This document shows positions 12,895 through 25,978 of a DNA stretch of 64,000 nucleotides, in pieces. The position numbers were made by a program, and so were the translations under genes. Numbering within the stretch: the first letter of the stretch is position 1; each line of letters opens with the position of its first letter. Source of the DNA: Octopus sinensis (lineage: Eukaryota); NCBI RefSeq assembly GCF_006345805.1, contig NC_043002.1, forward strand, positions 87,668,001 to 87,732,000, given 5' to 3'. The notes beneath the pieces were generated by a model. The model was given only the letters and a program-made list of their open reading frames with translations, ran no database searches and had not been told where the DNA came from.

Positions 12895-13285
12895 TAGGAA
12901 ACATCTACACCTTCTGATAGGTAGAGGTGCGTTAGCTTTCTTTCTGTCCCGCTTTTTATAAAATCGTTACGCATGTTGCCTGAAATAATTTTCTTTTATA
13001 AGTGTTGGCCTATATTCAGACTTTCTTTTTAGCCAAAGACTTGTTGCCATTGTTGCCGACATCAGTGTCAATTGTCGTTTTTTCTGTGTAGTGTACATGA
13101 CGTCTATTTTGTAAAATTTATTTTTTAAAATTCGTATTCCTGTTTATATAATTATGGTGAACGTTCGAAATTCTTTGGGACGTGCCAGTCAAAGAAACCA
13201 TATTGTTACACACATTTGCGAATATTTACACAATAAAACATACAAAACAAATGTCATTCTTTCCCACAGAAACATAAGACGTGTT

Positions 13286-13693
13286 GGATCTTTTCGGTTT
13301 GACCGGCAGTTTTTTTTAATAATTTCCACGTAACTAAACACTTTTAAACTTCGTATACTGGTAGAATGTGTTTATAAAACATCTTTTTCTCTTGGCTTTA
13401 TTGAGAAAATTCTATAGTTTGTAAGATGTTTTTTTTTTTTTTCTTCAATTTGTGCAATTTCAACCAAACAATGACGTCTATTGAAGTGAAAACATTCTGT
13501 GCCCTATGAATATGTCCCTCGTTTAAGAAACAGATTGGGCTTATTTACATTTGTGAAGAAAAAAAGATACCCTTCCCCACCCTTAACCCTAGAAGAGATT
13601 GAAATGCAATAGATCGATTCTAGGGTCATAATTATGGGTGACAATTTCATATGACACCGCTAGAAAAAACTGCCGTTCAAACCGAAAAGATCC
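13286..13693. mobile_element. MITE with GGATCTTTTCGGTTTGA TIRs and a short internal CCCTAA-like tract (copy 1)
   Basis: TIRs of about 25 bp at both ends. Body homologous to copies at 21959, 22763 and 62337. No clean TSD in this copy. Confidence 0.9.
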
Positions 13694-13699
13694 GTAAGA

Positions 13700-13855
13700 C
13701 GATTACCAGTGCTCAACTGGTAACTTATTTTCTCCACCACGAAAAGATGAACGGCTAAGTCAACCTAAGCAGAATTTCAACTCAGGATGTAAAGACGGGC
13801 GAAATGCCGCTAATCGTTTGGCCCGGCATGCTAACGATTCTGTTATCTTGCCGCC
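13700..13855 (-). mobile_element. Degenerate family C SINE
   Basis: GAATTTCAACTCAGGATGTAAAGACGGGCGAAATGCCGCTAA...CCCGGCATGCTAACG matches the reverse complement of the family C head. Confidence 0.7.
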
Positions 13856-13944
13856 AAAGATCTCTGCCTGGTTTATAGATTTTCTCTCCGATGATTATGT
13901 GTTTCGCCAATTTATAAAACGCACACACACGCAAATACATATAT

Positions 13945-13987
<43 letters not shown>

Positions 13988-14136
13988 CGCACGCACGCAC
14001 ATACATGCATAAAATCATACCCATATAATAGATGAAGAGGTGAGACTAAATTATATCATAGAATTGTATATGCAACTCGCAATATAAATACTTTCTTACG
14101 CCTAGTTCTACCTAGTTTGCCTACACACACAGACAC

Positions 14137-14317
<181 letters not shown>

Positions 14318-14526
14318 ATTTTATAACCTTGAGTCCAACCAAGCAAGTCGCATAAGCTTGCATGGTTTCCTGTGATTACTCGCAAAACGTGTGCATAATG
14401 AACGAATACAGCTTCTCAGATAACTATATCACATAGGGAGATATTTGCCAAGTTTATGAAATCAATGCTGTCCTACTTTTTAACGTGCATTTACTGGTGT
14501 GCATGAATACGACGATCAAATCATGT

Positions 14527-15014
14527 TATTTTAAAGAAAATTATATATTTCTGTGCTTATTGTTAAATTATAGATACCTATCGACCAATGTGTATATAAG
14601 GAAAAAAATCAATTGTCAAAATTTCAAATAAATCGATTTTTTTCCTGCGTGTGTGTGCGAGTGTGTGTTCGTGAGGGTGCGTGTATATATGAGGGCGATT
14701 TTAAACGCAACACCGGCATGATTGGTAGCGTTCAAGAATACAAATAACGATGATGAAGAAGACGATGAGGTATTTTAAAGAAAATTATATATTTCTGTGC
14801 TTATTGTTAAATTATAGATACCTATCGACCAATGTGTATATAAGGAAAAAAATCAATTGTCAAAATTTCAAATAAATCGATTTTTTTCCTGCGTGTGTGT
14901 GCGAGTGTGTGTTCGTGAGGGTGCGTGTATATATGAGGGCGATTTTAAACGCAACACCGGCATGATTGGTAGCGTTCAAGAATACAAATAACGATGATGA
15001 AGAAGACGATGAGG
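14527..15014. repeat. Tandem duplication, 2 x 244 bp
   Basis: 14527-14770 and 14771-15014 appear identical by eye, from TATTTTAAAGAAAATT to GAAGACGATGAGG. Confidence 0.95.
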
Positions 15015-15096
15015 TGGAAGAGGAAAAGGAGGAAGAAGAAAATGAGAAGGAGAAAGCATTAGAAAACAATATTGCTGTTAGTATTGTTGCTCATTG

Positions 15097-15501
15097 AAAG
15101 GCGGCGAGTTAGCAGAAACGTTAGCACGCCGGGCGAAATGCGTAGCCGTTACGTTCTGAGCTCAAATTCCGCCGAGGTCGGCTTTGCCTTTCATCGTTTC
15201 GGGGTCGATAAATTAAGTACCAGTTACGCATTGGGATCGACGTAATCGACTTAATCTATTTGTCTGTCCTTGTTCGTCCTCCCTGTGTTTATACCCTTGT
15301 TGGTAGTAAAGAAATAGGTATTTCGTCTGCCGCTACGTTCTGAGTTCAAATTCCGCCGACGTCGACTTTCCCTTTCATCCTTTCGGAGTCGATTAAATAA
15401 ATAACAGTTACGTACTGGGGTCGATATAATCGACTTGATCCGTTTGTCTGTCCTTGTTTGTCCTCTCAGTGTTTAGCCCCTTGTGGGTAGTAAAGAAATA
15501 G
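15097..15501 (+). mobile_element. Dimeric family C SINE (probably Meta-domain type) with 16-bp TSD
   Basis: AAAGGCGGCGAGTTAGCAG head, B box GTTCAAATTCC, core GCCTTTCATCCTTTCGGGGTCGATAAATTAAGTACCAG. Body is present twice. TSD GTATTGTTGYTCATTG at 15081-15096 and 15502-15517. Confidence 0.88.
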
Positions 15502-15858
15502 GTATTGTTGTTCATTGATTGCAGTCTTTTTCTCTTTTTTTTTTTTTTGATATTGCTGTTGTTTTCTTGCCACATACTGAAAATTTCACTTATGGATTAA
15601 TAACCAGTTTAGAATGTTTGAGTGTCCAACATGACTTATGTTTGCGTAGGAGCAAATAACATTTCGCATCATGACGATGATTTATTTATCACTAGGGCAT
15701 CAGATGAAGTAAACATTACAAAAGCAGTTTATAAATGAGGGTTTCGGTGATTCGGGAGGAAGAAAAAATGGAATGACATTAAAAGCATACATAATGTATA
15801 AAATGCATAAATTCATGGAGAAAACAGTCTTGCTTAGGCAGAAAGTCCAACTAATTCC

Positions 15859-16274
15859 TATTTCTTTACTACCCACAAGGGGCTAAACACAGAGAGGATA
15901 AACAAGGACAGACAAAGGGATTAAGTCGATTATATCGACCCCAGTGCGTAACTGGTACTCATTTAATCGACCCCGAAAGGTTGAAAGGCAAAGTCGATCT
16001 CGGCGGAATTTGAACTCAGAACGTAACGGCAGACGAAATACCTATTTCTTTATTACCCACAAGGGGCTAAACACAGAGGGAACAAACAAGGACAGACATA
16101 GGTATTAAGTCGATTACATCGACCCCAGTTCGTAACTGGTACTTAATTTATCGACCCCGAAAGGATGAAAGGCAAAGTCGACCTCGGCGGAATTTGAACT
16201 CAGAACGTAACGGCAGACGAAATACCGCTAAGCATCTCGCCCGGCGTGCTAACGTTTCTGCCAGCTCATCGCCA
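15859..16274 (-). mobile_element. Dimeric family C SINE with 17-bp TSD
   Basis: Reverse complement of the same dimer. TSD AAAGTCCAACTAWTTCC at 15842-15858 and 16275-16291. Confidence 0.88.
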
Positions 16275-17494
16275 AAAGTCCAACTATTTCCACTCAACGA
16301 ACACCAGCGAGCAAGATCATCTCACTTACCAACGGCAGGTGCTTCCTATCAACAGTTGATCTCCGGTCGACAGACGAATGCTTTGAGCAGTTGCATCCAT
16401 TCTAAACATTTTCGCCATAGCCACCCTCTTTTAAGAAATTCACAAGAAAGAAAGCACATCCCTATCCATTCTGATATTTCTCTTCAAAGGAACTTGAAAA
16501 AGTTGATGAGGGATTAATTGGTGATGAAAGTATTAATTTTTACTGTTTTCACACACGTTGACCACGCAACTACTTTTGTAACTGCAACCTGACAAAGAAG
16601 CTATCTGGATAGCCCTGAAAAGATTAGGTGGAGTGATTTCCCGCCACAACTGCTTTATTTGTCCCACAAGGGACAAGTTTGTTTCTCGAATGACCGTGAA
16701 ATTCATGTCGTAGTTGTACTCTTGCTACGCTTCACACGTCTTTTGCATGGTTTTCCTTAGTTATTTTCCTGTTGCACTCATTCAGTGAGTGCCCACTCAT
16801 TGCCGAACTTTATGCAGGATGTTTTTTTTTTGTTTTTATCGTGCAGCTGTTACTATATTCGCGAGTTTGTTTCACTTTCACTTTTCTTTTACATCCTTTC
16901 TATATATTAAAAAAAAGTATTGTTTCTTTTTATTTTGGTATGTTAGCAGTGCTATGTTTCTCTGGTTAACACCTCTCCTTGCTCGTCCATACTGAATTCA
17001 ATGTAAACAAATACAAAACACTAGCTTTTCTTCCATTTCTTTAAATGAAATGATGATTAGAAACGGCTGCGAAGACAAAGAAATTTGTTGAGTGATATTG
17101 CAGCCCCATATGCTGTTTCTAGACCTAGTGGGTTTTTGGTGTGCCTATACCGCTTTTTCTGGTACCTGTTGGTATTACTACGAATATTGCTATTTTGGGG
17201 ACTGCTAGTACTGTTACTTTTTATACTGCTATTTCTAGAAGCTTCTGATGTTGTAGTTGCCTGTACCGCTCTTTGTATTGCCTGCGGATGTTGTGGATGC
17301 TTGCATGTAGTTATTCGTTGGTCTTCATTCTTCTACTTTTTCCTCATCTCTATGCAGAGAGCCCCAAGTGGTTAGTGCTTCGTATACTACTGTATTCCTT
17401 GCCCTACACAACCACTGTAACTGCGCTTCTTTCTACACCCACAATAGGGTTGCATTTCTGGAATAACTTTGTAGTATTCGAGTGTCATCAGGAC

Positions 17495-17532
<38 letters not shown>

Positions 17533-18106
17533 GCACACAGATCACACCAAATAACGTATCTGTACGCCCACCAGCTTCGCATATTGGTTGCAAAGAGGAA
17601 AACAGACCATGGCTCATTATCACTAGTAATCTCAACTATAACCGCTGCATTCCGCTGTTCCATATATCATAACACTAGCAAGTGAGTGGTCCACCAATTC
17701 CGACTACCATCGTCTCTTGTCCTCAGCTTTACTGACCAAATTCTCTCTCACATATACTCCTCCATCATCAAGGAAAAGCACATTGGTCAGGTATTTTACA
17801 GGTTTTTTGGGGGTATGAAGGCACGTCGAAGCCCATCCATTTTTCCAGAGGCATAGTTATGCCTCTTTCTTAGTTGCTCTTTCTTCTATAATATTCCCAG
17901 TTAAGGAGACAATCACCCGCCTTTTTTTTTTGACATACTTCTCTCACAGTTGTTTTCTTTTTTCTTGTGTCTTTCTTTTCTTTTCTTTTCTTAAATGATA
18001 TCCAACGACTTCTTTTGGCCCACAACACTAGAAAAGTGGTTCTTATTACCAACGTCGTTACTTGTATGTTCTATAGTGTAATAATCTGTGTTGAAAAAGG
18101 AAATTG

Positions 18107-19220
18107 GGATCTTTACCTTTTCACCTACAGACTTAAAAAATAATTTTTTGTAACTAAACACTTTCAAACTTCGGACACCGGTAGAATGTGTCATATAAAA
18201 TATCTGTTAATCTTAGCATTTTTGAGAAAAACTTTTATTTACGAGGTTATTTCACGTCAAAGTTCTCGTATTTCGGTAATTTCAACCAATCAACGACCTG
18301 TATTCAGCTGAATAAAATTACTGCCGTCGTTTGTCAACAACAACTATCGTTGGTATATATTTCGTTTGTCACTGTTATTTATGACATCATTCGTGCGTTT
18401 GTACTGGTTTTAGATTTAGGGCGTTAGGGTTAGGGTTATGGATTTAGGGTTAGGGTTAGGGTCTTAGGGTTACAGTTTTAGGGTTAGGGTTAGGGTCTTA
18501 GGGTTACAGTTTTAGGGTTAGGGGGTTAGGGTTAGGGTTAGGGTTGGGGTTTTAGAGTTAGGGTTAGGGTTAGGGTTGGGGTCTTATGGTTAGGGTTAGC
18601 GTTGGGGTTGGGGTTTTAGGGTTAGGGTTACGGAAAAAAGTGAAAAATGAAGAAATTGGAGGGGAGGAGTAGGGGCAAAAAATTTCAAAATTCCGATTTT
18701 TGGCAACTCTCCGGAATCTCCGTATCCAAAAAGCTGGGGTTTTTTGGCAAAACAATTAAAAAACAATAATTTGCGAGAAAATGGGCGGGGTACGAGAGGA
18801 AGTCTTTCCGAAAATAGTAGCTGAAAAACAAGAAAAAACCTAAAAGCAGTAGAAATGCACGAACGATTATGGTGGTGTCATGAGGTAAACGTGCTTCAGA
18901 TACAATCATTTATTCATACGAACGTAACTGGGATGAAATATGTCATAAATAACAGTGACAAACGAAATATACACCGCCGGAAGTTGTTGTTGACAAACAA
19001 CAGCTGTAATTTTATTCAGCTGAATACATGTCATTGATTGGTTGAAATTACCGAAATATGACAACTTTAACACAAAATAACTTCGTAGATAGAAACTTTT
19101 CTCAACGACGCTAAGAGTAAAATATGTTCTATATGACACATTCTACCAGTATACGAAGTTTCAAGGTGTTTAGTCAAATAAATTTAATTAATCGAGCTGA
19201 CCATGTAAAGGAAAAGATAC
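18107..19220. mobile_element. Foldback-type non-autonomous DNA transposon with long inverted arms (about 280 bp) and a central degenerate (TTAGGG)n tract
   Basis: Left end GGATCTTTACCTTTTCA; right end in reverse complement GTATCTTTTCCTTTACA. Arms at about 18107-18390 and 18935-19220 are imperfect inverted repeats. TTAGGG variants span 18410-18630. The arms share sequence with one end of the GGATC MITE. Confidence 0.8.
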
Positions 19221-19439
19221 AAAGAATCAAATACTCCATGATGCAAAACCTTATATTTACTAAAATAATCTGAAATAATGCATTTTCATAAAGTCCCATG
19301 TGATAAAGTAAGAATCTTTCATGGATCTCTTTCTAATCCAATTCGGTTTTATGTACGCATTCGTGAAGAAGACGTCTGAGAACATTCCGAGATCAAATAG
19401 TTTGTAACTTTATGTGATTATAGATATTGATTTCAAATT

Positions 19440-19865
19440 TTGACGCAAGGTCAGCAATTTCAGAGCGCAGGGGTGAAGTATGTCGATTTCACTGACCAGA
19501 GTGTTCAAATGGTACATTTGATGAAAGGCAAAGTCGTCCCCCGCTATTTTAAAATCAGAACGTAAAAAGGGATGAAATGCCGCTAAGCACTGGGCCCCGG
19601 CGTGCTACCGACTCTGCCAGCTCGCCGCCTTAATGAGGATATAAATATTGGTTTAAAATTTTGGCATAAGGACAGCAATTTCGGGACAGGAGGTAAGTCG
19701 ATGACATCAACTCCTGTGTTCATCTGGTACTTCTTTTATGGATCCCGTAGGGATGAAAGCCAACGTCGACCCTGGTGGCATTTGAACTCAAAACATAAAG
19801 ACGGACGAAATGCCGCTAAGTATTTCGTCCAGCATGCTAACGATACTACCAGCTCACAGCCTTAG
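19440..19865 (-). mobile_element. Two degenerate family C SINE copies
   Basis: GATGAAAGGCAAAGTCG...GAAATGCCGCTAAGCA...GGCGTGCTA occurs twice, in diverged form. Confidence 0.6.
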
Positions 19866-20509
19866 CTGTGGATGTAAATATTGAAGTATTTCCTCTCTAA
19901 AGATGAGATTAATATTTCGAAAATTTATACTTATATTTGCGTAAACTATTCTCATATATTTAGCTAGAAAGTCCATAGTAAAAACGAGAGAGCATAAGAA
20001 TCAGCAGTAACAAATGGTTTTTACAACTGTATAGAATGTCAAGAGTGCATCCTCAAATAGGAGACAGAAATAGAATAGTTTCGGTAACAATATATTACTG
20101 TTAGTTGTTTTAATGATGGCTACGAACAGTTATTCTCGCCTTAAGTACATTTGAGTAGCTTGAGTTTTAAGGGCAGCTTTATGTTCATATATGGATACAA
20201 GCATACTTAAATGCATATGTGTGGTGTGTATGTGAATGTATGTATGCATGTGTGTGCGTGCATGCAAGAGAGAGAATGTATGTGTGTGTGTGTGTGCAGA
20301 GATAAATTTAACGTATATATTTATGCATTTATTTACGCCTAGCTGCATATGTATACATATATTCGAACAAGTTTGCTTCTACATGCATCCGATATATGTA
20401 CATATGCTTAATGTATGCAAATACACATATATGCATACAGGTTGCAACAATACATATAAATATGCGTGTGTGGGTGTGCGTGTGTGCATCTTCTAGACGT
20501 CTTACCGTT

Positions 20510-20930
<421 letters not shown>

Positions 20931-21322
20931 TGACATTTCACTCAACAGATGTCAGCTTTCTTATCACAGTCTTAACTTTTCTTCTTATTCACGACAACCT
21001 ATTGAAAAGTTGTCTTCACTTTTCAATGATAAGAAGAGATAGAAAAATCAATACGCATGCGCTTAGATTCTCTTGTAAGGAGCATTTATTTCTTCTTTCT
21101 TGATGGCAATAAATATATATGAAAAAAGACAGAGAAAGAGAGTGAGAGTTAAAGAGAGAATGAGAGAGTGGAAAAAAGAAAGAAAGAGATAAAGTGTGGG
21201 GGTGTTGGAAATAGGAGGGGATAATTGAGTGGGTGACAATACCCTTCACCATGATATTGAGGATTCAGGAAAAGTAAATAAAAGCGACAGCTATATATAT
21301 GTATGGCTGTAAATATGTGTGT

Positions 21323-21362
<40 letters not shown>

Positions 21363-21367
21363 TGTGT

Positions 21368-21426
<59 letters not shown>

Positions 21427-21958
21427 GTAAGAGAGTGTTCGTAAGGGAGAATGAAAAAGCCGGAAATAGGAGGCAAAAAATGTGTAATTGCTTTTCTTGA
21501 TACTTCTCCCATCGGCGAAGGAGTATTTAGATTTAATTATTAACAGCAGTCAAGTCACACCTAACTTTCAAGCTAGTTATTTTTGATTTTTTTCTGCTTT
21601 CTTCACAAAGGTTACCAGGTGTAAATATTATTTCGGAATTTAATTTTAATTCTATATTTCTATAACTCTGGCTTATCATTTACGGAATATATAATATTTA
21701 TAGAAATGTTCCTGCAAGCATTCAGGCGTTTTGAGAAAGGTTTCATGACTTTATTGCATTTCGTTGTGCACTCAAAATGCAATTAACATGCTTATCGTTT
21801 GTTTCTCCTTAAACCTCATTCAAGAGCCAAAAAGTGGTTCTCGTCCGAACATCGCAGTTGGATGATCGAGGAGGAAACTCAAGTGTTCTAAGAATCCTAT
21901 TGTAATGAACCAACAGAGGGACGTTTGTGTCGTCGAACCACCTCTCAAATAGTTTACC

Positions 21959-22388
21959 GGATCTTTTCGGTTTGAACGGCAGCTTTTAACATAATTTCTA
22001 GGTAATTAAAAAATTTTAAACTTCGCATACTGGTAGAATGTGTTTATAAAACATCTTTTTCTCTTGGCTTTATTGAGAAAATTCTATAGTTTGTAAGATA
22101 TTTGTGGGTTTTTTTCTTCAATTTCTGCAATTTCAACCAATCAGTGACGTCTATTGAGTTAAAAAACATTTTGTGTCGTATGAATATGTCCCTCGTTTAA
22201 GAAACAGATTGGGTTTATTTACATTTGTGAAGAAAAAAGATACCCGTCCCCCCACCCCACCCCTAACCCTAACTAACCCTAACCCTAAAAGAGATTGAAA
22301 TGCAATAGATCGATTCTAGGGTCATAATTATGGGTGGCAATTTCATATGACACCGCTAGGAAAACTGCCGTTCAAACCGAAAAGATCT
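21959..22388. mobile_element. GGATC-TIR MITE, copy 2, 8-bp TSD
   Basis: TIRs present. TSD AGTTTACC on both sides. Internal CCCTAA repeats at about 22260-22287. Confidence 0.92.
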
Positions 22389-22762
22389 AGTTTACCGTCT
22401 TAAAAACGAATATTGAACACTCTAATCATAGGTAGAGAAACAAATGATTTCATCACAGTTGGAACGTCTTTGATCATAAATTTGTTCGAACATGGCTAAT
22501 CTGGAGATTATGAATAATTATAACAGTAACTTTCGGCATAAGAGGCCGATAGAATAAGTACCAGGCTTACAAAGAATAAGTCCTGCGATCGACGTCATTC
22601 AGAGATTCGCCTAATACTTTTAGCATATAAAACCAAGCCAAGCAGCCCATGATTTCAAGGCAGCAGTCAAAATAACTGAAACAGCTAAAAGAATAAAAGA
22701 ATATTCAAACCTGGATAGAAATGGAGCTTTCTGTGAAAAATAATTTCTTAGTTACTGATCTC

Positions 22763-23219
22763 GGATCTTTTCGGTTTGGACGGCAGTTTTTTCTAGCGGT
22801 ATCATAATTGAGTGTCACCCATAATTATGACCCTAGTATCGATCTATTGCATTGAAATCTGTTTTAGGGTTAGGGTTAGAGTTAGGGTTAGTTAGGGTTA
22901 GAGTTAGGGTTAGGGTTAGGGTTAGGGGTTTGGGGAAGGATATCTTTTTTTCTTCACAAATGTAAATAAACTCAATCTGTTTCTTAAACGAGGGAATACA
23001 GCACAGAATGTTTTCACCTCAATAGATGTCACTGATTGGTTGAAATTGCAGAAATTGAAGAAAAGAAAACGACAAATATCTTACAAACCATAGAATTTTC
23101 TCAATAAAGCCAAGAGAAAAAGATGTTTTATAAACACATTCTACCAGTATACGAAGTTTAAAAGTGTTTAGTTACATGGAAATTATTAAAAAAAAACTGC
23201 CGGTCAAACCGAAAGATCC
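22763..23219. mobile_element. GGATC-TIR MITE, copy 3, 8-bp TSD
   Basis: TIRs present. TSD CTGATCTC on both sides. About 10 TTAGGG-like units at 22864-22927. Opposite orientation to copy 2. Confidence 0.92.
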
Positions 23220-24199
23220 CTGATCTCTCCTTAGAAAACTTATGACTACTTTGAACGTTTTGATTAAAATTTCTGCAAGAACCTGCTTCTTTACTCAAAG
23301 CATTTCTATTTAAATGATATTGTTCTAGAGTCTTTTGAGCGTAAAATAGAATGCCTAGCAGTATTTGTTCCGAGTTTCTATACTCTCGGTGTCGATAAAT
23401 GGATACCAAACATGGACGATGAACTGACCGAGATGTGTGAACGACGGAACAGAAGCCTCGTGGTATATATTCTGTGCCTTTGCGTTCTGAGTTCAAATCT
23501 CACCATGCCTACTTGGGTGATTGACTTAATCCGTCGCCTGTCTTATCAGCACTACCTGGAACTTTGGTTACCTTTGATAAAGATCATTCTGTTGCAAAGA
23601 TTTAGGCTAGGTCTCCGATTTGAGGTTTCCTTTCTCCATCACCCCCACCTCCACCACTACCACCTTCTCAAAGATTCGTTTGGGGATGATGAACGCCGCC
23701 ATCCACCGTGACGAAAATCATTAAAATATAACATTATATGTTTCGTGTATAGTTTGTCTTAGTCTTAGATTGTTTGTATAATCGAAAGCTAAAGATGTTG
23801 CAGATTTTTATGAAGGGAATCTTCGTGAATTTGGTCAAGTTTTTCTACTGTGAGGAAAAGCTTTCCTGACGATTTGTGGTTGACTTTGTTTGAGAGAGAG
23901 AAATGCTATTTGTTTCATTGCTTCGGATGAAGTACCAGTTCCAAAATATCAGAACCCTCTTCACTGCCCTTTATGTAAATTTCACTGCACTTTATGTAGA
24001 TTTACACTTCATGTAAATCTCCTCCCTTTTATCTAAATTCATTAACTTCTCTGTATAATCGTTGCTGACAGAAGACACCACCACCGAACAAAACTTTTTA
24101 GCTGTTCTTGAACTCTCATTTGGACAACTGGGGAGACATATTTGGACAACTGACGATACATATGTCATTGTCTCTGGTACATTGGAACACTGAAGATAG

Positions 24200-24720
24200 C
24201 AACAACGGTGTTAAACAGGTAACAACAGTTTTGTCACAAATAACGGCCAGTGCCCATGATATTCTGAATCCCTTCAAGAAAGATGGTATTGATTTTGTAG
24301 ATCCTCTTCAATCAATGATGATTATGCGTTTGTAAGTGTATGTGCAGGTCTTTTTGACAAAGATCAGCAAATACTCGTGCATGTAAGTTTGATAGTTATG
24401 CAAGGGTAAGTCTGGCTGCCAACTTGGGTCGAAATAGTTTGGTATCGGTATCGTTGCAGATATTGCTGTCAGAATGCAATCCAACCGGAACAGGATAGCG
24501 CAAGGCATACCACTCTACCCGTGAATGCTCACCTATCCATCGACCTGGATCTAGACTATCATCGATTTCGAAAGAATGGAAATCGAAGTTCACTTCGGAT
24601 TTGAACGCATAGCGCAGAGTTGAAACAAATACGACAAGACATTCTATTCAACACTTTAACAACCCTGCCAATTCGCTGTCTTAGAGATTGATTTACTAAT
24701 GTTCCAATTTTATTATATGT
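24200..24720 (+). mobile_element. Highly degenerate Gypsy/Ginger-type DDE integrase remnant
   Basis: NPFKKDGIDFVDPL resembles the integrase motif PF.xVGIDFVGPL. Downstream LTK, FGI and DYHRFRKNGN resemble the FTK, FG.P and YHPQ.NG motifs in order, but with stops and frameshifts. Confidence 0.4.
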
Positions 24721-25308
24721 AAACGTCTGAAGGATAAACGGAGTAACCTTAAAATATATGTTCATTGCTCCAAGAAAATCAATTCGTTCACAGCAGGATT
24801 AATATATAGTTTGTTAGCTATTAAGGCAATTTGGAACAAATACAATATTAGAAGCAATTTTGATTCTAAGATAAAATCGCTGTTCCATCCAAATGAAATT
24901 ATTGAAGTACATTGCTAATGATTATTCTATCAAACATGGATGGAATAAATGTCAAGATCAACCCCAGCGGGATTTGATCTCAGTATGTAGAGGGATGTAA
25001 TTAAATATAGAAACATTTCTGTAACACTGAAACTGATTCAGTCGCTTGACTATGTTAGCCCAGCTAATGTCAATGAAAGAGACAATTGTTTAGAGATGGA
25101 AATGCTATGTGATGTGATAAGGAGTAAATGTCATAACCTGATATGTCTGAAATCGTTCGCATGATAATTCTTTGTATCAAACTCTGATTTTCAGCATACT
25201 AATCCTTTTCAGTAACGAAAAGAAATATCCTGCTATTGACAGAGAAAATAAATGATAGTTAGACATTTTAAACAAAACGATTTTAATTAACTCGTAATAT
25301 CAATATCA

Positions 25309-25339
<31 letters not shown>

Positions 25340-25903
25340 CATAGTTCCTGAGTTTAGAAGATAACATTGATAAATCTGTATATTGTGCTTAACTTTGTTT
25401 ACATTACTCACTTGATTGCATATTGACTAGCTTCATACTATATTCTCTAAATTAATCTCCTTCATTTCTGTTCTTTTGTGTCAGTTGTTTTATGCTGTGT
25501 GGTGGGACACTGTGTTATGTCATTTCCTTTTACAACGGTAAACCAGAATGGCAACTGGATACGTTATTACGGTTACGTATGCCAACTAACTAAAATATTC
25601 ACACAAACGTTTGCCTTTCTTTTGTTGTTTTCGAAGTTGTTTTCGAAGCTCACGTTTGTAACTAATTAGCCGGCATTTGATAAGAAATTTTTCTCAGATA
25701 ATATTGGTTTTCTGTCCGCTAGATTTACACGTATTTGTATGCATGTGTATGCGATGAATAAGTAGATTTGTTACAGTGTCGGATCGAATGCTTTGTAATA
25801 CATGTTCCAGTGGCCTGCGTTCAAATTCTGCGGAGGTCAACTATGCTTCTGATCATATCAGGATCGGTGAATAACAATCAAGTAGTAGAATGGATTCCTC
25901 CGC

Positions 25904-25978
<75 letters not shown>

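Noticed and set aside
17440-17500. Hammerhead on the minus strand (CTGATGA...GAAATGCA)
   Set aside because: No UH site and stems I and II do not pair properly; at most a relic.
18410-18630. True telomere or chromosome fusion site
   Set aside because: Short, degenerate, single-orientation, and enclosed by transposon inverted arms.
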